Below, piece by piece: positions 17,880 through 28,554 of a stretch of DNA of 64,000 nucleotides. Numbering within the stretch: position 1 is the first letter of the stretch; every line of letters starts with the position of its first letter. The notes under the pieces were generated by a model. The model saw nothing but the letters and a program-made list of their open reading frames with translations. It was not told where the DNA came from and searched no databases. Source of the stretch: Methylococcaceae bacterium (GTDB lineage: Bacteria; Pseudomonadota; Gammaproteobacteria; Methylococcales; Methylomonadaceae); contig JABFRM010000145.1 of the NCBI GenBank assembly GCA_013141155.1, positions 6,042-70,041 of the forward strand, read 5' to 3'. Both the position numbers and the translations under genes were made by a program.

Positions 17880-18080
17880 AACCTTTTCCTCTTTTAATCT
17901 TAATGTGGATTGACTAAGCTCTCCGACGCTCACGACTACCGGATGAACCTAGAAAGTATTGTATAAAAACCTGTAGCCGTTTTTGCTATAAAGCACTTCA
18001 CATAAGTGTAGGCAATTTCCAGGATTTTGCACGATAAGGCACTCGACTATTATGGTTTTTTATGCTTTATCGCTCTTTAT

Positions 18081-18107
18081 ATATCGACATCTGAGCGTTT
18101 ATCTTTA
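18081..18107 (-). promoter_or_regulatory. Candidate sigma-28 (FliA) promoter for flgL
   Basis: The minus strand reads TAAAGATA-N11-GTCGATAT, against the consensus TAAAGTTT-N11-GCCGATAA. It lies about 200 nt upstream of flgL. Coordinates are +/-1. Confidence 0.3.
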
Positions 18108-18491
18108 ATAAATACCAGCACTTAAAATTGATCACCTCGGTTGAATGAGATGTTTTTGACTGTAAATTACTTAAGCAAAGTGTCGCATAATTTGCGTTTC
18201 TAAACGGTTATCGCACAACCATATCAAGCTAGAAACCGCTATTCCACACAACAAATTCATAATACTGAAAAATTAATTGCGCAATCCAAAACATCGTTTA
18301 ATCTAGGCTTGTCAAAAGTCAGTTGCAAAAGCTGAATTGTAAAAGTCTGCGTGACAGCGGCACCGGTAATCCGTATAATTAAGCGGTTTTGCCGCATAAG
18401 TACTGATTGCAAAAATTAGCAACCATTGCCGCACAAGGGTTTACTGAGGGAATACAGTGATCCCTGAATTAATATCAATTAGAGGTGACTA

Positions 18492-21400
18492 ATGAGTCAA
18501 AGTAATCTACCGACTAGACAAGGTTTATATGATCCGCGCAATGAACATGATGCGTGCGGCGTGGGTTTTGTCGTACATATAAAAGGTCACAAGAGCCATG
18601 CAATTGTGCGTCAGGGTTTAGAGTTACTGACCAACTTGACCCATCGCGGTGCAGTCGGCGCAGATGCTCAGGCAGGCGACGGCGCAGGCATTTTAATTCA
18701 AATGCCGGATACATTTTTGCGTGCCGAATGCGTGAAATTAAACATCGCTTTACCGGTAGCAGGTGATTATGCAGTCGGCATGGTGTTTTTACCGCAAGAG
18801 TCCAGTGACCGCGCCCGCTGTGAAGCGGTGTTTACGGATATTATTGCGCGTGAAAAAGCGGTATTACTTGGCTGGCGTGATGTGCCTGTAGATAACACGG
18901 AGCTGGGCTATTCAGTCAAACCGGTTGAGCCGTTCATTCGGCAAATTTTTATTAAAAAAGGTGCAGATTGCGCCGATCAAAATGCTTTCGAGCGTAAATT
19001 GTTCGTGATCCGCAAACAAGTCGAAAACACCATCCGTGATTTGAATTTAAAACAGGGCAGCTTTTTTTACGTGCCGTCACTGTCATCGCTAACCATCGTT
19101 TATAAAGGCATGTTGTTGGCGGAACAAGTCGGCAGCTTTTACCCCGACCTGAGCGATGAACGCATGGACAGCGCCTTGGCACTGGTACATCAACGTTTTT
19201 CCACCAATACTTTCCCTACGTGGGATCTGGCGCATCCGTTCCGCATGATCGCGCATAACGGCGAAATTAACACCTTGCGCGGCAATGTCAATGGCATGGC
19301 GGCACGGCGGCATTCGATCGCCTCCAAAATATTGGGCGAGGACATTCATAAGCTTTGGCCATTGATTGCCGAAGGACAATCAGACTCTGCGAGTTTCGAT
19401 AACGCATTAGAGTTATTGGTCGCAGGCGGCTATTCCATGGCACACGCGATGATGCTGCTTATTCCAGAAGCGTGGGCGGGCAATGATTTGATGGATGAGA
19501 AATTGCGCGCGTTTTATGAATATAACGCGGCATTGATGGAACCTTGGGATGGTCCTGCGGCAGTGGCGTTTACCGATGGTCGCCAAATTGGCGCGACCTT
19601 AGACCGTAACGGTTTACGTCCTGCACGTTATCTGGTGACGGATGACGATTTTGTGATTATGGCCTCAGAAATGGGCGTACTGGACATTCCGCAGCATAAA
19701 ATTATTAAAAAATGGCGCTTGCAACCTGGCAAAATGCTGTTAATTGACACCGTACAAGGCCGTATTATTGATGATGCCGAATTAAAAGCCGATTTAGCCA
19801 CCCGCCATCCTTACGCTGACTGGCTAGACAAAACCCAGATTTTACTGGCGAAATTGCCGGCTGAAGTTTCAGCCATGCCGCCGGATGCCAATACCTTATT
19901 GGATAGGCAGCAAGCGTTTGGCTATACCCAAGAAGACTTAGAGTTTTTATTAAAACCGATGGCGCTCACTGGCCAGGAAGCGATCAGTTCAATGGGGATT
20001 GATGCCGCGTTGGCCATTTTGTCCAAACGCTCACGGATGCTCTACGATTATTTCAAACAAGGCTTTGCACAAGTCACCAATCCCGCTATTGACCCGATTC
20101 GGGAAGAGCTGGTGATGTCATTGGTGTCATTCATCGGGCCGCGTCCGAATTTATTGGGATTGGATGAAGGCGGCACACACATGCGCCTGGAAGTGGAACA
20201 ACCGATTTTGAGCAATCAAGATTTGGAGAAAATTCGCCGCATTGAAACCCGTACTGCTGGCGCGTTTAAAACCAAAACCTTAAGCCTGTGCTACGCCGCT
20301 GATCTAGGCGCAAGCGGCATGGAGCAAGCACTGGACAAATTATGCTTAGCCGCCAAACGCGCGGTTGAAGAAGGCAGTAATATTTTGGTACTGTCTGACC
20401 GCGATGTTGATGCGGCTTATGTTGCGATTCCTGCGCTGTTAGGTACGTCGGCGGTGCATCACTTCCTCACCCGCGAAGGCTTGCGCACGCAAGTAGGCTT
20501 AGTAATCGAAACTGGTGAGGCCCGCGAAGTACATCATTTTGCTCTTTTAGCAGCCTATGGCGCGGAAGCCATCAACCCTTATCTGGCATTTGACACCTTG
20601 TCGTCCATGTGCGTTAAGTTAGGCGGTATCAGTGTTTATGAAGCCCATAAACACTACATCAAAGCCACCTCTAAAGGTTTGTTAAAAGTCATGTCCAAAA
20701 TGGGTATTTCGACTTATCAATCCTACTGCGGCGCACAGATTTTTAATGCCATCGGTCTTAGCGAGCCGTTTTTGAACCGTTATTTTACCGGCACGACCAG
20801 CACCACTGAAGGCGCTGGCTTAACTGAGATCAGCGAAGAAACCGTGCGTCGCCATCAACAGGCGTTTGGCAATGCACCGCTGTACCGCGACGCACTGGAT
20901 GTCGGCGGCGAATATGCGTATCGCATCCGAGGTGAAGCACATTCTTGGACACCGGAAACCATCGCTAAACTGCAACATGCCACACGCAGCAACAGCCGCG
21001 AATTGTTTGCCGATTTTACGCGTTTGATTGATGAACAAAACGAATCGTTGCTGACTTTGCGTGGCTTAATGACCTTTAATGAAGACGCAGAACCCGTGCC
21101 TTTAGAGGAGGTGGAATCTGCCGCCAGCATCGTGAAACGTTTTGCGACCGGTGCGATGTCGTTTGGTTCGATCTCTTACGAAGCGCACACCAATCTGGCG
21201 ATTGCCATGAACCGCATCGGCGGCAAATCGAATACCGGTGAAGGTGGTGAGCTATCCGAACGCTTTAAGCCTTTAGCCAATGGCGATTCCATGCGTTCGG
21301 CAATCAAACAGGTTGCCTCTGGTCGTTTTGGTGTCACCACCGAATATTTGGTCAATGCTGACGATATTCAAATCAAAATCTCGCAGGGCGCGAAACCTGG

Positions 21401-23120
21401 CGAAGGCGGTCAATTACCCGGGCATAAAGTGGACGCGGTGATTGCTCAGGTACGTCATGCAACCCAAGGCGTAGGCTTAATCTCACCACCGCCACATCAC
21501 GATATTTATTCGATTGAAGATTTAGCGCAGTTGATACATGACCTGAAAAACGTCAACCCTGCCGCACGTATCAGCGTTAAGCTGGTGTCGGAGGTCGGAG
21601 TTGGCACTGTTTCCGCAGGCGTTGCCAAAGCCCATGCTGATCATGTAACCATTGCGGGTTATGATGGCGGTACCGGCGCGAGTCCGATGACTTCCATCAA
21701 ACATGCTGGTTTGCCGTGGGAAATTGGCTTAGCGGAAACCCACCAAACTTTAGTCTTAAATAAACTGCGTGGGCGTATCGCCGTGCAGGTCGATGGTGGC
21801 TTACGCACGGGTCGGGATGTCATCATAGGCGCGTTATTGGGCGCTGATGAGTTCGGCTTTGCCACCGCGCCGCTGATTGTGTCAGGCTGTATCATGATGC
21901 GTAAATGCCATTTGAATACCTGCCCCGTCGGCGTTGCGACACAAGACCCCGAACTGAGGAAACGCTTTACCGGTCAACCTGAGCATGTGGTGAACTATTT
22001 CTTCTTGGTCGCTGAAGACGTCCGTCAGTGGATGGCAAAACTGGGCTTTCGCACCATCAACGAAATGATTGGGCGTTCAGATAAACTGAATATGCAACCG
22101 GCGTTGTCGCATTGGAAAACGCAAGGGTTGGATTTCAGCCGGATTTTCTATAAACCGGAAGTTGACAGCAATACTGCCGTGTATCAAACCGAGCTGCAAG
22201 ATCATGGTTTGGAACACGCGCTGGATCACACCTTAATCGCACAAGCCCAGCCTGCGTTGGAAAGTGGCAAACCGGTGATTATCCATACGCCCATTCGGAA
22301 TATCAACCGCACCTTTGGCGCGATGCTATCCGGCGAAGTGGCTAAACGCTATGGTCACAAAGGCTTGCCGGATGACACCATTGCGATATACGCAAAAGGC
22401 ACGGCAGGCCAAAGTTTCGGCGCATTTTTGGCGCAAGGCATCAGCATCCAGCTTGAAGGCGACGGCAACGATTATGTCGGCAAAGGCATGAGTGGCGGAC
22501 GCATTGCGATTCTGCCTTCAAAAGATTGCAAAATTGACCCCGCCGACAATATTATTGTCGGCAACACGGTACTTTACGGCGCAATCAGCGGCGAATGTTA
22601 TTTTAACGGCATTGCTGGCGAGCGCTTTGCGGTGCGTAACTCCGGCGCGATTGCGGTCGTCGAAGGCGTGGGCGATCATGGCTGTGAATACATGACCGGC
22701 GGCGTGGTGGCGGTGCTGGGCAAAACGGGGCGTAACTTTGCGGCGGGGATGTCCGGCGGTGTGGCCTATGTGTTGGATGAGGACGGTAGCTTTAGTAAAC
22801 GCTGCAATATGGCGATGGTAGAACTGGAACCCATAACGGCTGAAGATGACGCGCTTGAGGCACTCGCGCACCAAGGCGGCGACATGGAAATGCACGGTCG
22901 TGTTGACATTATGACTAATATGTCCCGTGATGATGCACAACGGTTGAAAAACTTGATCCAAAACCATAAACACTATACGGGCAGCAAACGCGCCGCGCAT
23001 ATTTTGGAAAACTGGTCAGCTTATCTGCCCCGTTTTGTTAAAGTCATGCCAGTCGATTACCGTGATGCGCTGAAAAAAATTGAAGCCGCACAAAACTTAA
23101 CTGCAACCGCGTCAGCGTAA
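18492..23120 (+). CDS. gltB: Glutamate synthase (NADPH) large subunit
   Basis: The ORF is 1542 aa. It has the N-terminal amidotransferase Cys (HDACGVGF), FMN and 3Fe-4S regions and a C-terminal GXGXG beta-helix domain. Confidence 0.97.
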   Translation: MSQSNLPTRQGLYDPRNEHDACGVGFVVHIKGHKSHAIVRQGLELLTNLTHRGAVGADAQAGDGAGILIQMPDTFLRAECVKLNIALPVAGDYAVGMVFLPQESSDRARCEAVFTDIIAREKAVLLGWRDVPVDNTELGYSVKPVEPFIRQIFIKKGADCADQNAFERKLFVIRKQVENTIRDLNLKQGSFFYVPSLSSLTIVYKGMLLAEQVGSFYPDLSDERMDSALALVHQRFSTNTFPTWDLAHPFRMIAHNGEINTLRGNVNGMAARRHSIASKILGEDIHKLWPLIAEGQSDSASFDNALELLVAGGYSMAHAMMLLIPEAWAGNDLMDEKLRAFYEYNAALMEPWDGPAAVAFTDGRQIGATLDRNGLRPARYLVTDDDFVIMASEMGVLDIPQHKIIKKWRLQPGKMLLIDTVQGRIIDDAELKADLATRHPYADWLDKTQILLAKLPAEVSAMPPDANTLLDRQQAFGYTQEDLEFLLKPMALTGQEAISSMGIDAALAILSKRSRMLYDYFKQGFAQVTNPAIDPIREELVMSLVSFIGPRPNLLGLDEGGTHMRLEVEQPILSNQDLEKIRRIETRTAGAFKTKTLSLCYAADLGASGMEQALDKLCLAAKRAVEEGSNILVLSDRDVDAAYVAIPALLGTSAVHHFLTREGLRTQVGLVIETGEAREVHHFALLAAYGAEAINPYLAFDTLSSMCVKLGGISVYEAHKHYIKATSKGLLKVMSKMGISTYQSYCGAQIFNAIGLSEPFLNRYFTGTTSTTEGAGLTEISEETVRRHQQAFGNAPLYRDALDVGGEYAYRIRGEAHSWTPETIAKLQHATRSNSRELFADFTRLIDEQNESLLTLRGLMTFNEDAEPVPLEEVESAASIVKRFATGAMSFGSISYEAHTNLAIAMNRIGGKSNTGEGGELSERFKPLANGDSMRSAIKQVASGRFGVTTEYLVNADDIQIKISQGAKPGEGGQLPGHKVDAVIAQVRHATQGVGLISPPPHHDIYSIEDLAQLIHDLKNVNPAARISVKLVSEVGVGTVSAGVAKAHADHVTIAGYDGGTGASPMTSIKHAGLPWEIGLAETHQTLVLNKLRGRIAVQVDGGLRTGRDVIIGALLGADEFGFATAPLIVSGCIMMRKCHLNTCPVGVATQDPELRKRFTGQPEHVVNYFFLVAEDVRQWMAKLGFRTINEMIGRSDKLNMQPALSHWKTQGLDFSRIFYKPEVDSNTAVYQTELQDHGLEHALDHTLIAQAQPALESGKPVIIHTPIRNINRTFGAMLSGEVAKRYGHKGLPDDTIAIYAKGTAGQSFGAFLAQGISIQLEGDGNDYVGKGMSGGRIAILPSKDCKIDPADNIIVGNTVLYGAISGECYFNGIAGERFAVRNSGAIAVVEGVGDHGCEYMTGGVVAVLGKTGRNFAAGMSGGVAYVLDEDGSFSKRCNMAMVELEPITAEDDALEALAHQGGDMEMHGRVDIMTNMSRDDAQRLKNLIQNHKHYTGSKRAAHILENWSAYLPRFVKVMPVDYRDALKKIEAAQNLTATASA

Positions 23121-23134
23121 TAGAAGGTACACAG

Positions 23135-24577
23135 ATGGGTAAACCAACCGGTTTTATGGAAATCTCACGCAGCGAACGCAAATACGCGGCGCCGAGTGAA
23201 CGTATCAAAAATTATCGCGAATTCACCCTTGCGCCCAGCGATGCCGATATGGCACAGCAAGGCGCGAGATGTATGGATTGCGGCATTCCGTATTGCCACA
23301 ATGGCTGTCCGGTCAACAATATCATTCCAGACTGGAATGAGTTGGTGCATAAGGGTGATTGGCAACAAGCGCTCGCCGTCTTGCACAGCACCAATAACTT
23401 CCCTGAATTTACCGGACGCATTTGTCCCGCCCCTTGCGAAGCGGCCTGTACTTTGAATTTGACCGACCAACCGGTGACTATCAAGTCCATCGAGTGCGCT
23501 ATTATCGACAAAGGCTGGGAAATGGGCTGGATCACCCCGCAAATTCCGGCGCAACGTTCCGGTAAGCGCGTGGCCGTCATTGGTTCTGGTCCTGCGGGTT
23601 TGGCTTGTTCGCAACAATTGGCGCGTGCCGGTCATGAAGTGGTTTTGTATGAAAAAAATGACCGTATCGGCGGCTTGCTACGTTATGGCATCCCCGACTT
23701 TAAGATGGAAAAACAGCTGATCGACCGCCGTATCGCGCAAATGCAAGCGGAAGGCGTGCGCTTCAGACCGAACAGCCATATTGGCAAAGATCTGTCTGCC
23801 CAAAAAATTCTCGCGGATTTCGATGCGGTCGTACTAACCGTTGGTTCAGAAAAACCGCGTGATTTGGAAGTAGCTGGTCGCAACGATGTTTCAGGTATTC
23901 ATTTTGCGATGGATTTTTTACGCCAGCAAAATAAACGCAACGCGGGCGATACCATCGCCACAGATGTTGCCATCACCGCGACCGGTAAACATGTTGTAGT
24001 GATCGGCGGTGGCGATACCGGTTCTGATTGTATCGGCACCTCCATTCGTCAAGGCGCTGCATCAGTCACGCAAATTGAAATTTTGCCGAAACCGCCGGAA
24101 AAAGAAAATAAAGCCATGACATGGCCGTTATGGCCCAATAAATTTCGCACCTCTTCATCACAAGAAGAAGGTTGCGTTCGACGTTTCAGCGTTAATACCA
24201 AAAGCGTAACGGGTGAAAATGGCAAAGTGACGCAATTAAACACCGTAGAAGTGGAATGGAAACAAGAAAACGGCCAATGGAAAATGAGCGAAAAAGCCGA
24301 TAGCGCCGCGCCCGTAAAAGCCGAGTTAGTGTTGTTGGCGATGGGCTTTGTACACCCGGTGCAAGAAGGATTGCTCAAAGAACTCGGTGTAGAATGCGAC
24401 GGTCGCGGGCAAATTAAAGCCAACGATAAGCAATATCAAACTTCCGTGGATAAAGTGTTTGCGGCAGGTGATGGAAGGCGCGGACAATCTTTAGTCGTCT
24501 GGGCGATACGTGAAGGCAGACAGGCTGCGAGGGCTGTTGATGAATACTTGATGGGTTCATCGGAGTTGCCGCGATAA
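23135..24577 (+). CDS. gltD: Glutamate synthase small subunit
   Basis: It has Fe-S cysteine clusters ([23 protein letters not shown]) and an FAD/NAD(P) GxGxxG motif ([10 protein letters not shown]). It lies directly downstream of gltB. Confidence 0.95.
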   Translation: MGKPTGFMEISRSERKYAAPSERIKNYREFTLAPSDADMAQQGARCMDCGIPYCHNGCPVNNIIPDWNELVHKGDWQQALAVLHSTNNFPEFTGRICPAPCEAACTLNLTDQPVTIKSIECAIIDKGWEMGWITPQIPAQRSGKRVAVIGSGPAGLACSQQLARAGHEVVLYEKNDRIGGLLRYGIPDFKMEKQLIDRRIAQMQAEGVRFRPNSHIGKDLSAQKILADFDAVVLTVGSEKPRDLEVAGRNDVSGIHFAMDFLRQQNKRNAGDTIATDVAITATGKHVVVIGGGDTGSDCIGTSIRQGAASVTQIEILPKPPEKENKAMTWPLWPNKFRTSSSQEEGCVRRFSVNTKSVTGENGKVTQLNTVEVEWKQENGQWKMSEKADSAAPVKAELVLLAMGFVHPVQEGLLKELGVECDGRGQIKANDKQYQTSVDKVFAAGDGRRGQSLVVWAIREGRQAARAVDEYLMGSSELPR

Positions 24578-24673
24578 TTATCGCTCAAAAACTCATCGTA
24601 AACTAACCTTAAAAACTGACTATTTCTAAGGCATGCCTACCCATCTACTGACCGCCCGCCCAGCCAAAATCTC

Positions 24674-24712
24674 GTAATAAAATCAAGATAATAACTTGAT
24701 TTTATTACTTTT
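24674..24712 (+). terminator. Probable rho-independent terminator of gltBD
   Basis: A perfect 14-bp (AT-rich) stem, GTAATAAAATCAAG pairing with CTTGATTTTATTAC, has a 7-nt loop and is followed by TTTT. Confidence 0.5.
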
Positions 24713-25258
24713 AAGCAATAACGCCCCATGCACGCCATTTACTTTTACTTGGCAGATTTTCGTAAAGTATTTTTAATGCTGCTTAAACTAAAAAATCAGT
24801 TACGCAATTCAAAACGCCCCCTGGCAAACAAAAAAACCTAAAGATTTTAGTTTACTCACGGCGAACAGCCCTCCGCTACCTTAAAGATAATATTTAGTTT
24901 CAACAATTTTTTTAGACTCGCTAAATTTGCCTAATTGCCATCCAGATTAAAATTTTTTGTGACGGAATCGACACTTTTTCTTTAAAAATCATAAAAATCC
25001 CTACTTTTGGAGGATATGCAAACTTAGTAATAACGTATACTATGTTTATGTTGACAAATAGGTTGGATGGTGACTTATCGTCTAGTCAGAGGCTTTTAAA
25101 AAAATTCTCCGTAGGTCGTTTCATACCTACACAAAATAATTTTTAGAGTATCTGCTTAACGCGAAGGTTAAGATTATTTTTAACCCTAAATTACAATATA
25201 CAACTATTTTTACTTTAATTTTTTTGTAACACTGTTAGGACAATAAAGGAATGCCTCT

Positions 25259-27187
25259 ATGAACTTTAAAAAATCGTTACTCAGTTGTGTTATTCTGAGC
25301 GGCTCTTATCTTTCAACGGGTCAGACCCAAACCTTACAAGAAGCGGTGCAACTAACCCTCAATGAAAATCCTGAAATTCAAGAGGCCCGATCTGTCCGCA
25401 TGGCTTATGAACAGGAAATCGATCAAGCGGCAAGCACCTACTTACCAACCATTGACGTATCCGCAGGCTACGGTCTTGAACAAGCCAATACTAATGCTAC
25501 TCGAGGTAGGGCATTTAATGGCCCATCAGGAACTGGGGTTGGCACACAACAGCTTGGTCGTACAGATAGCAACGTGAAGTTCAATCAAATGATTTTTGAT
25601 GGCTTTAAAACTCCGCATGAAGTGGCGCGCTTTACCTCTAAAACCGATGCCCAGGCCTATACCGTTTTTGGGCAGTCTGAGATTATCGGCTTACAAGCTA
25701 CTCAAGCTTATATTAACGTCTTGCTTAGACAAGCGTTGTTTGATCTGGCGGCCTCTAATTTAAGTTTGCATAAAGGTTTTTATGATCAAATCAAAATGCG
25801 CACCGAACGGGGTATTGGCAGAGTTTCTGATTTAGATCAAGCTACTGGCCGCCTTGCCAGAGCCGAGTCAAATTTACAAGCCGAGCAAGGTAACCTTAAA
25901 GATGCTCAAACCTCTTATCTACGTGTGATTGGCGTGCTACCCAATCAATTGAGTGAAATACAAAGACCCACCCAAGCATTACCAGCGAGTTTGGAAGAAG
26001 CCACTGATCTGGCTTTGGCAAATCATCCCACTTTAAAAGCCGCCAATGCTGACATTACCGAATCTTTAGCGCAACACAATACCGCCAGCGCACCTTTTTA
26101 TCCAAAACTTAACTTTGAAGTTAATTATGATAATAACGACGATGTCGGCGGCTTTAGAGGCCGATATGAAGATTTAACCGCCATGGTGAAAGTGAATTAT
26201 AATTTATTTAATGGCGGAAAAGATAAAGCCAGGCGTAACCAAACTGCTTATGAAATGTATCAATCCAAAAATATTCGCGACAATACGTATAGGCAAGTAG
26301 TTGAAACGTTGCGTTTATCTTGGGTTGCGTATAAAACCGTTGGCAGTCAATTAGAGTTTTTTAAAGCCCATCGCGACTCTAGCACTAAAGCCTTAAATGC
26401 TTATAAACAGCAGTTCAATATTGGCCAAAGAACCTTACTGGATTTGCTCGATTCAACCAATGAGATGTATTTGGCGAATATCAATTATACCGAAGCCAAA
26501 TATAAGGAACTAGGTGCCCGTTATAGAATACTAGCGTCTATGGGCAGGTTAAATAAATATTTGGGGACAACTTTACCAGACGAAGCAAAGCCGATTACAC
26601 CTGACAAAAAACAACCTGAGATGCTCTATACTGCGGCTACTGAAACTAAAACCACAGAAGAGCCAAATAATGATACCTATAAAGATATGCAACTGGCGGA
26701 AACCAATCCGGTTGGCACTGAGCCAAAATTAGACAGTCCTGTTACAAAACCTTTAGAATCGAAACCAAGCTACGCGCCAGTTAATGCCCCAGCAGCGTTT
26801 TCTAATGGCGGCGCAGACGAAAACAACACCAGCAACGATCCTGAATCAACCTTAAAACAGCGCCTTAACGACTGGGCCGCCGCGTGGTCGAAAGGCAATA
26901 TCAAAGCTTATTTAAGCTACTACGAAAGCAATTACACTCCAGACGCCACCGCCGTTAATCACGCGGCGTGGAAAAGAACGCGGGTTAGTCGCATTAGTCC
27001 AACCAAACAAATACAGGTTTTGTTGTCGGACATCAACATTAAAAAAAGTGGGGCTGGCGATACCGCAACAACCTCGTTCCGCCAAGTCTATAATTCAAAA
27101 AATTATCATGACGAAAGCAAAAAAATTATGGTGTGGAAAAACGTGAATGGTGCGTGGTTAATTCACGAAGAACGCAGTGTTGAATAA
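25259..27187 (+). CDS. TolC-family outer-membrane channel with a low-complexity linker and an extra C-terminal NTF2/SnoaL-like domain
   Basis: It has a signal peptide and a ~450-aa TolC repeat architecture (LQEAVQLTLNENPEIQ...). A P/T/E/N-rich linker follows, and then a ~120-aa domain (LNDWAAAWSKGNIKAYLSYYESNY...WLIHEE). Confidence 0.85.
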   Translation: MNFKKSLLSCVILSGSYLSTGQTQTLQEAVQLTLNENPEIQEARSVRMAYEQEIDQAASTYLPTIDVSAGYGLEQANTNATRGRAFNGPSGTGVGTQQLGRTDSNVKFNQMIFDGFKTPHEVARFTSKTDAQAYTVFGQSEIIGLQATQAYINVLLRQALFDLAASNLSLHKGFYDQIKMRTERGIGRVSDLDQATGRLARAESNLQAEQGNLKDAQTSYLRVIGVLPNQLSEIQRPTQALPASLEEATDLALANHPTLKAANADITESLAQHNTASAPFYPKLNFEVNYDNNDDVGGFRGRYEDLTAMVKVNYNLFNGGKDKARRNQTAYEMYQSKNIRDNTYRQVVETLRLSWVAYKTVGSQLEFFKAHRDSSTKALNAYKQQFNIGQRTLLDLLDSTNEMYLANINYTEAKYKELGARYRILASMGRLNKYLGTTLPDEAKPITPDKKQPEMLYTAATETKTTEEPNNDTYKDMQLAETNPVGTEPKLDSPVTKPLESKPSYAPVNAPAAFSNGGADENNTSNDPESTLKQRLNDWAAAWSKGNIKAYLSYYESNYTPDATAVNHAAWKRTRVSRISPTKQIQVLLSDINIKKSGAGDTATTSFRQVYNSKNYHDESKKIMVWKNVNGAWLIHEERSVE

Positions 27188-27211
27188 CCGCATTCGTTAT
27201 CGTCAACCTCA

Positions 27212-27246
27212 GGGATGAGGGATGAGGGATGAGGGATGAGAAATGA
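27212..27246 (+). repeat. Tandem heptamer GGGATGA x4 (plus one degenerate copy)
   Basis: There are four perfect GGGATGA copies at 27212-27239 and a fifth, GAAATGA. Together they form G3-N4-G3-N4-G3-N4-G3, located 25 nt after the tolC-like stop. Confidence 0.9.
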
Positions 27247-27274
27247 TGCATCAAATAAATATATTAGCGCTTGA

Positions 27275-27299
27275 TGAGGCATCCGTGCCTCACTTTTTT
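27275..27299 (+). terminator. Rho-independent terminator of the tolC-like gene
   Basis: A 7-bp stem, TGAGGCA pairing with TGCCTCA, has a TCCG loop and is followed by CTTTTTT. Confidence 0.6.
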
Positions 27300-27311
27300 C
27301 CTTACAAACCG

Positions 27312-28541
27312 CTATTCTGCAATCATTCCAACATAGCGATCCAATTGGCTGGCAGCAAGCGTTAAACCCTGCTTATAAACATCAGCCGCCTTATCCTTTT
27401 CCCCTTCTTTAAATAAGGCATCTCCAAGCAGTTGTAATGCTTGCACCGTAGGTTCTTGCGCAATACTTTTTCTTAAGTATTGTTCTGATTTTTGCAGATC
27501 ACCTAACTTTAGATTTAATCGTCCTAACAAATTCAGCAATTGCGTATCATTGGGATGCGCAGCCAGCCAACGTTCAGCAATAACAAGCTGCTGATCAATG
27601 TCCTGTGCTTGCAGATTACTATATAAGGATAATAGTGTTGCATTCCAGCGATTACTTAAGGCATTCACTAAGTCGCTTTCAATCATCTGTCCAGAGCCAG
27701 CATCAATCATCGCAGCAAAATAAACAGCCACAACACCCGGCATACTTTTAATATGCGCCGGAACTGTAGCCCAGACCTCCTGAATACTGCCTACATTAGC
27801 CGTACCTGCAGCATCCTTTAATTTTTCGCTATAAACTTCCGTTTCCAATAATTTTACATCCGCTTCCATTAACACTTTTTGTTCATTAAGCGTAGGCAAT
27901 AAATTACGCAAGCCTTCCCAATCACCTACTTTTTTGTACGCTTGATGCAATAATTTTAATACCGTCGCATGGGTGGGGTTAATCGAATGCAATCGAGACA
28001 AGGTTTCCACCGCCTGATGGAATTGATTTTCGGATAAATGTAACTCTGCCTGCGTTAAACCCACGGCAATCTCTGAACTTGGCGAATGATTAGCTGCCTG
28101 ACGCAAATATTCATCTCTTTTAGCTAATGCACCGCGGGACTGTGCCGCTCTTGCGGCAGTCAAATAATGAATTAAAGGCGCGCCACTGTGGCTAACATGT
28201 TTAATCAAGATTTTTTCAGCTTTTTCCCAATTACCTTCAGCTGAATCAACCAACCCTGCAATTAAGGCCTCTTGCGAACGATTAAATTTAATATTTTTAC
28301 CGCGCACTTTAATACTGCCAGGCATTTTCAAGAGCCAGCCAAGCACCCTAAAAAACAAGTAAAATAGGCAAAAAGCAATTAGCATGGTCACTACAAACAT
28401 TACAAACGAAATTTCAATCGACCAACTATTAATGCCGATCAATACAGAGCCATGATCGGGTAAGCTTTGAACCCAGCTAAAGATCCAATAACCAATCAAT
28501 ACAACGGTTACCACCAGCAACAAATACAATACCTTTTTCAT
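27312..28541 (-). CDS. hemY: HemY-family TPR membrane protein (haem biosynthesis associated)
   Basis: It has two N-terminal TM helices, the HemY_N pattern (ALIAGLVDSAEGNWEKAEKIL) and TPR repeats. It is the last gene of the hemCDXY cluster. Confidence 0.85.
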   Translation of the reverse strand: MKKVLYLLLVVTVVLIGYWIFSWVQSLPDHGSVLIGINSWSIEISFVMFVVTMLIAFCLFYLFFRVLGWLLKMPGSIKVRGKNIKFNRSQEALIAGLVDSAEGNWEKAEKILIKHVSHSGAPLIHYLTAARAAQSRGALAKRDEYLRQAANHSPSSEIAVGLTQAELHLSENQFHQAVETLSRLHSINPTHATVLKLLHQAYKKVGDWEGLRNLLPTLNEQKVLMEADVKLLETEVYSEKLKDAAGTANVGSIQEVWATVPAHIKSMPGVVAVYFAAMIDAGSGQMIESDLVNALSNRWNATLLSLYSNLQAQDIDQQLVIAERWLAAHPNDTQLLNLLGRLNLKLGDLQKSEQYLRKSIAQEPTVQALQLLGDALFKEGEKDKAADVYKQGLTLAASQLDRYVGMIAE

Positions 28542-28554
28542 TATAATTTCCTGA

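Noticed and set aside
18514-23000. Multiple 60-160-aa ORFs antisense or out of frame inside gltB (e.g. 18514..18714, 19089..19379, 22518..23000)
   Set aside because: They lie entirely inside a 1542-aa gene with unmistakable GltB motifs. Their translations are Arg/Cys/His-rich and low-complexity, typical of shadow frames in GC-richer coding sequence.
27212-27246. The heptamer tandem repeat as a possible CRISPR-like or minisatellite array
   Set aside because: The units are 7 nt with no spacers, and no cas genes are present. It is a simple tandem repeat, reported instead as a G-quadruplex/GGA motif.
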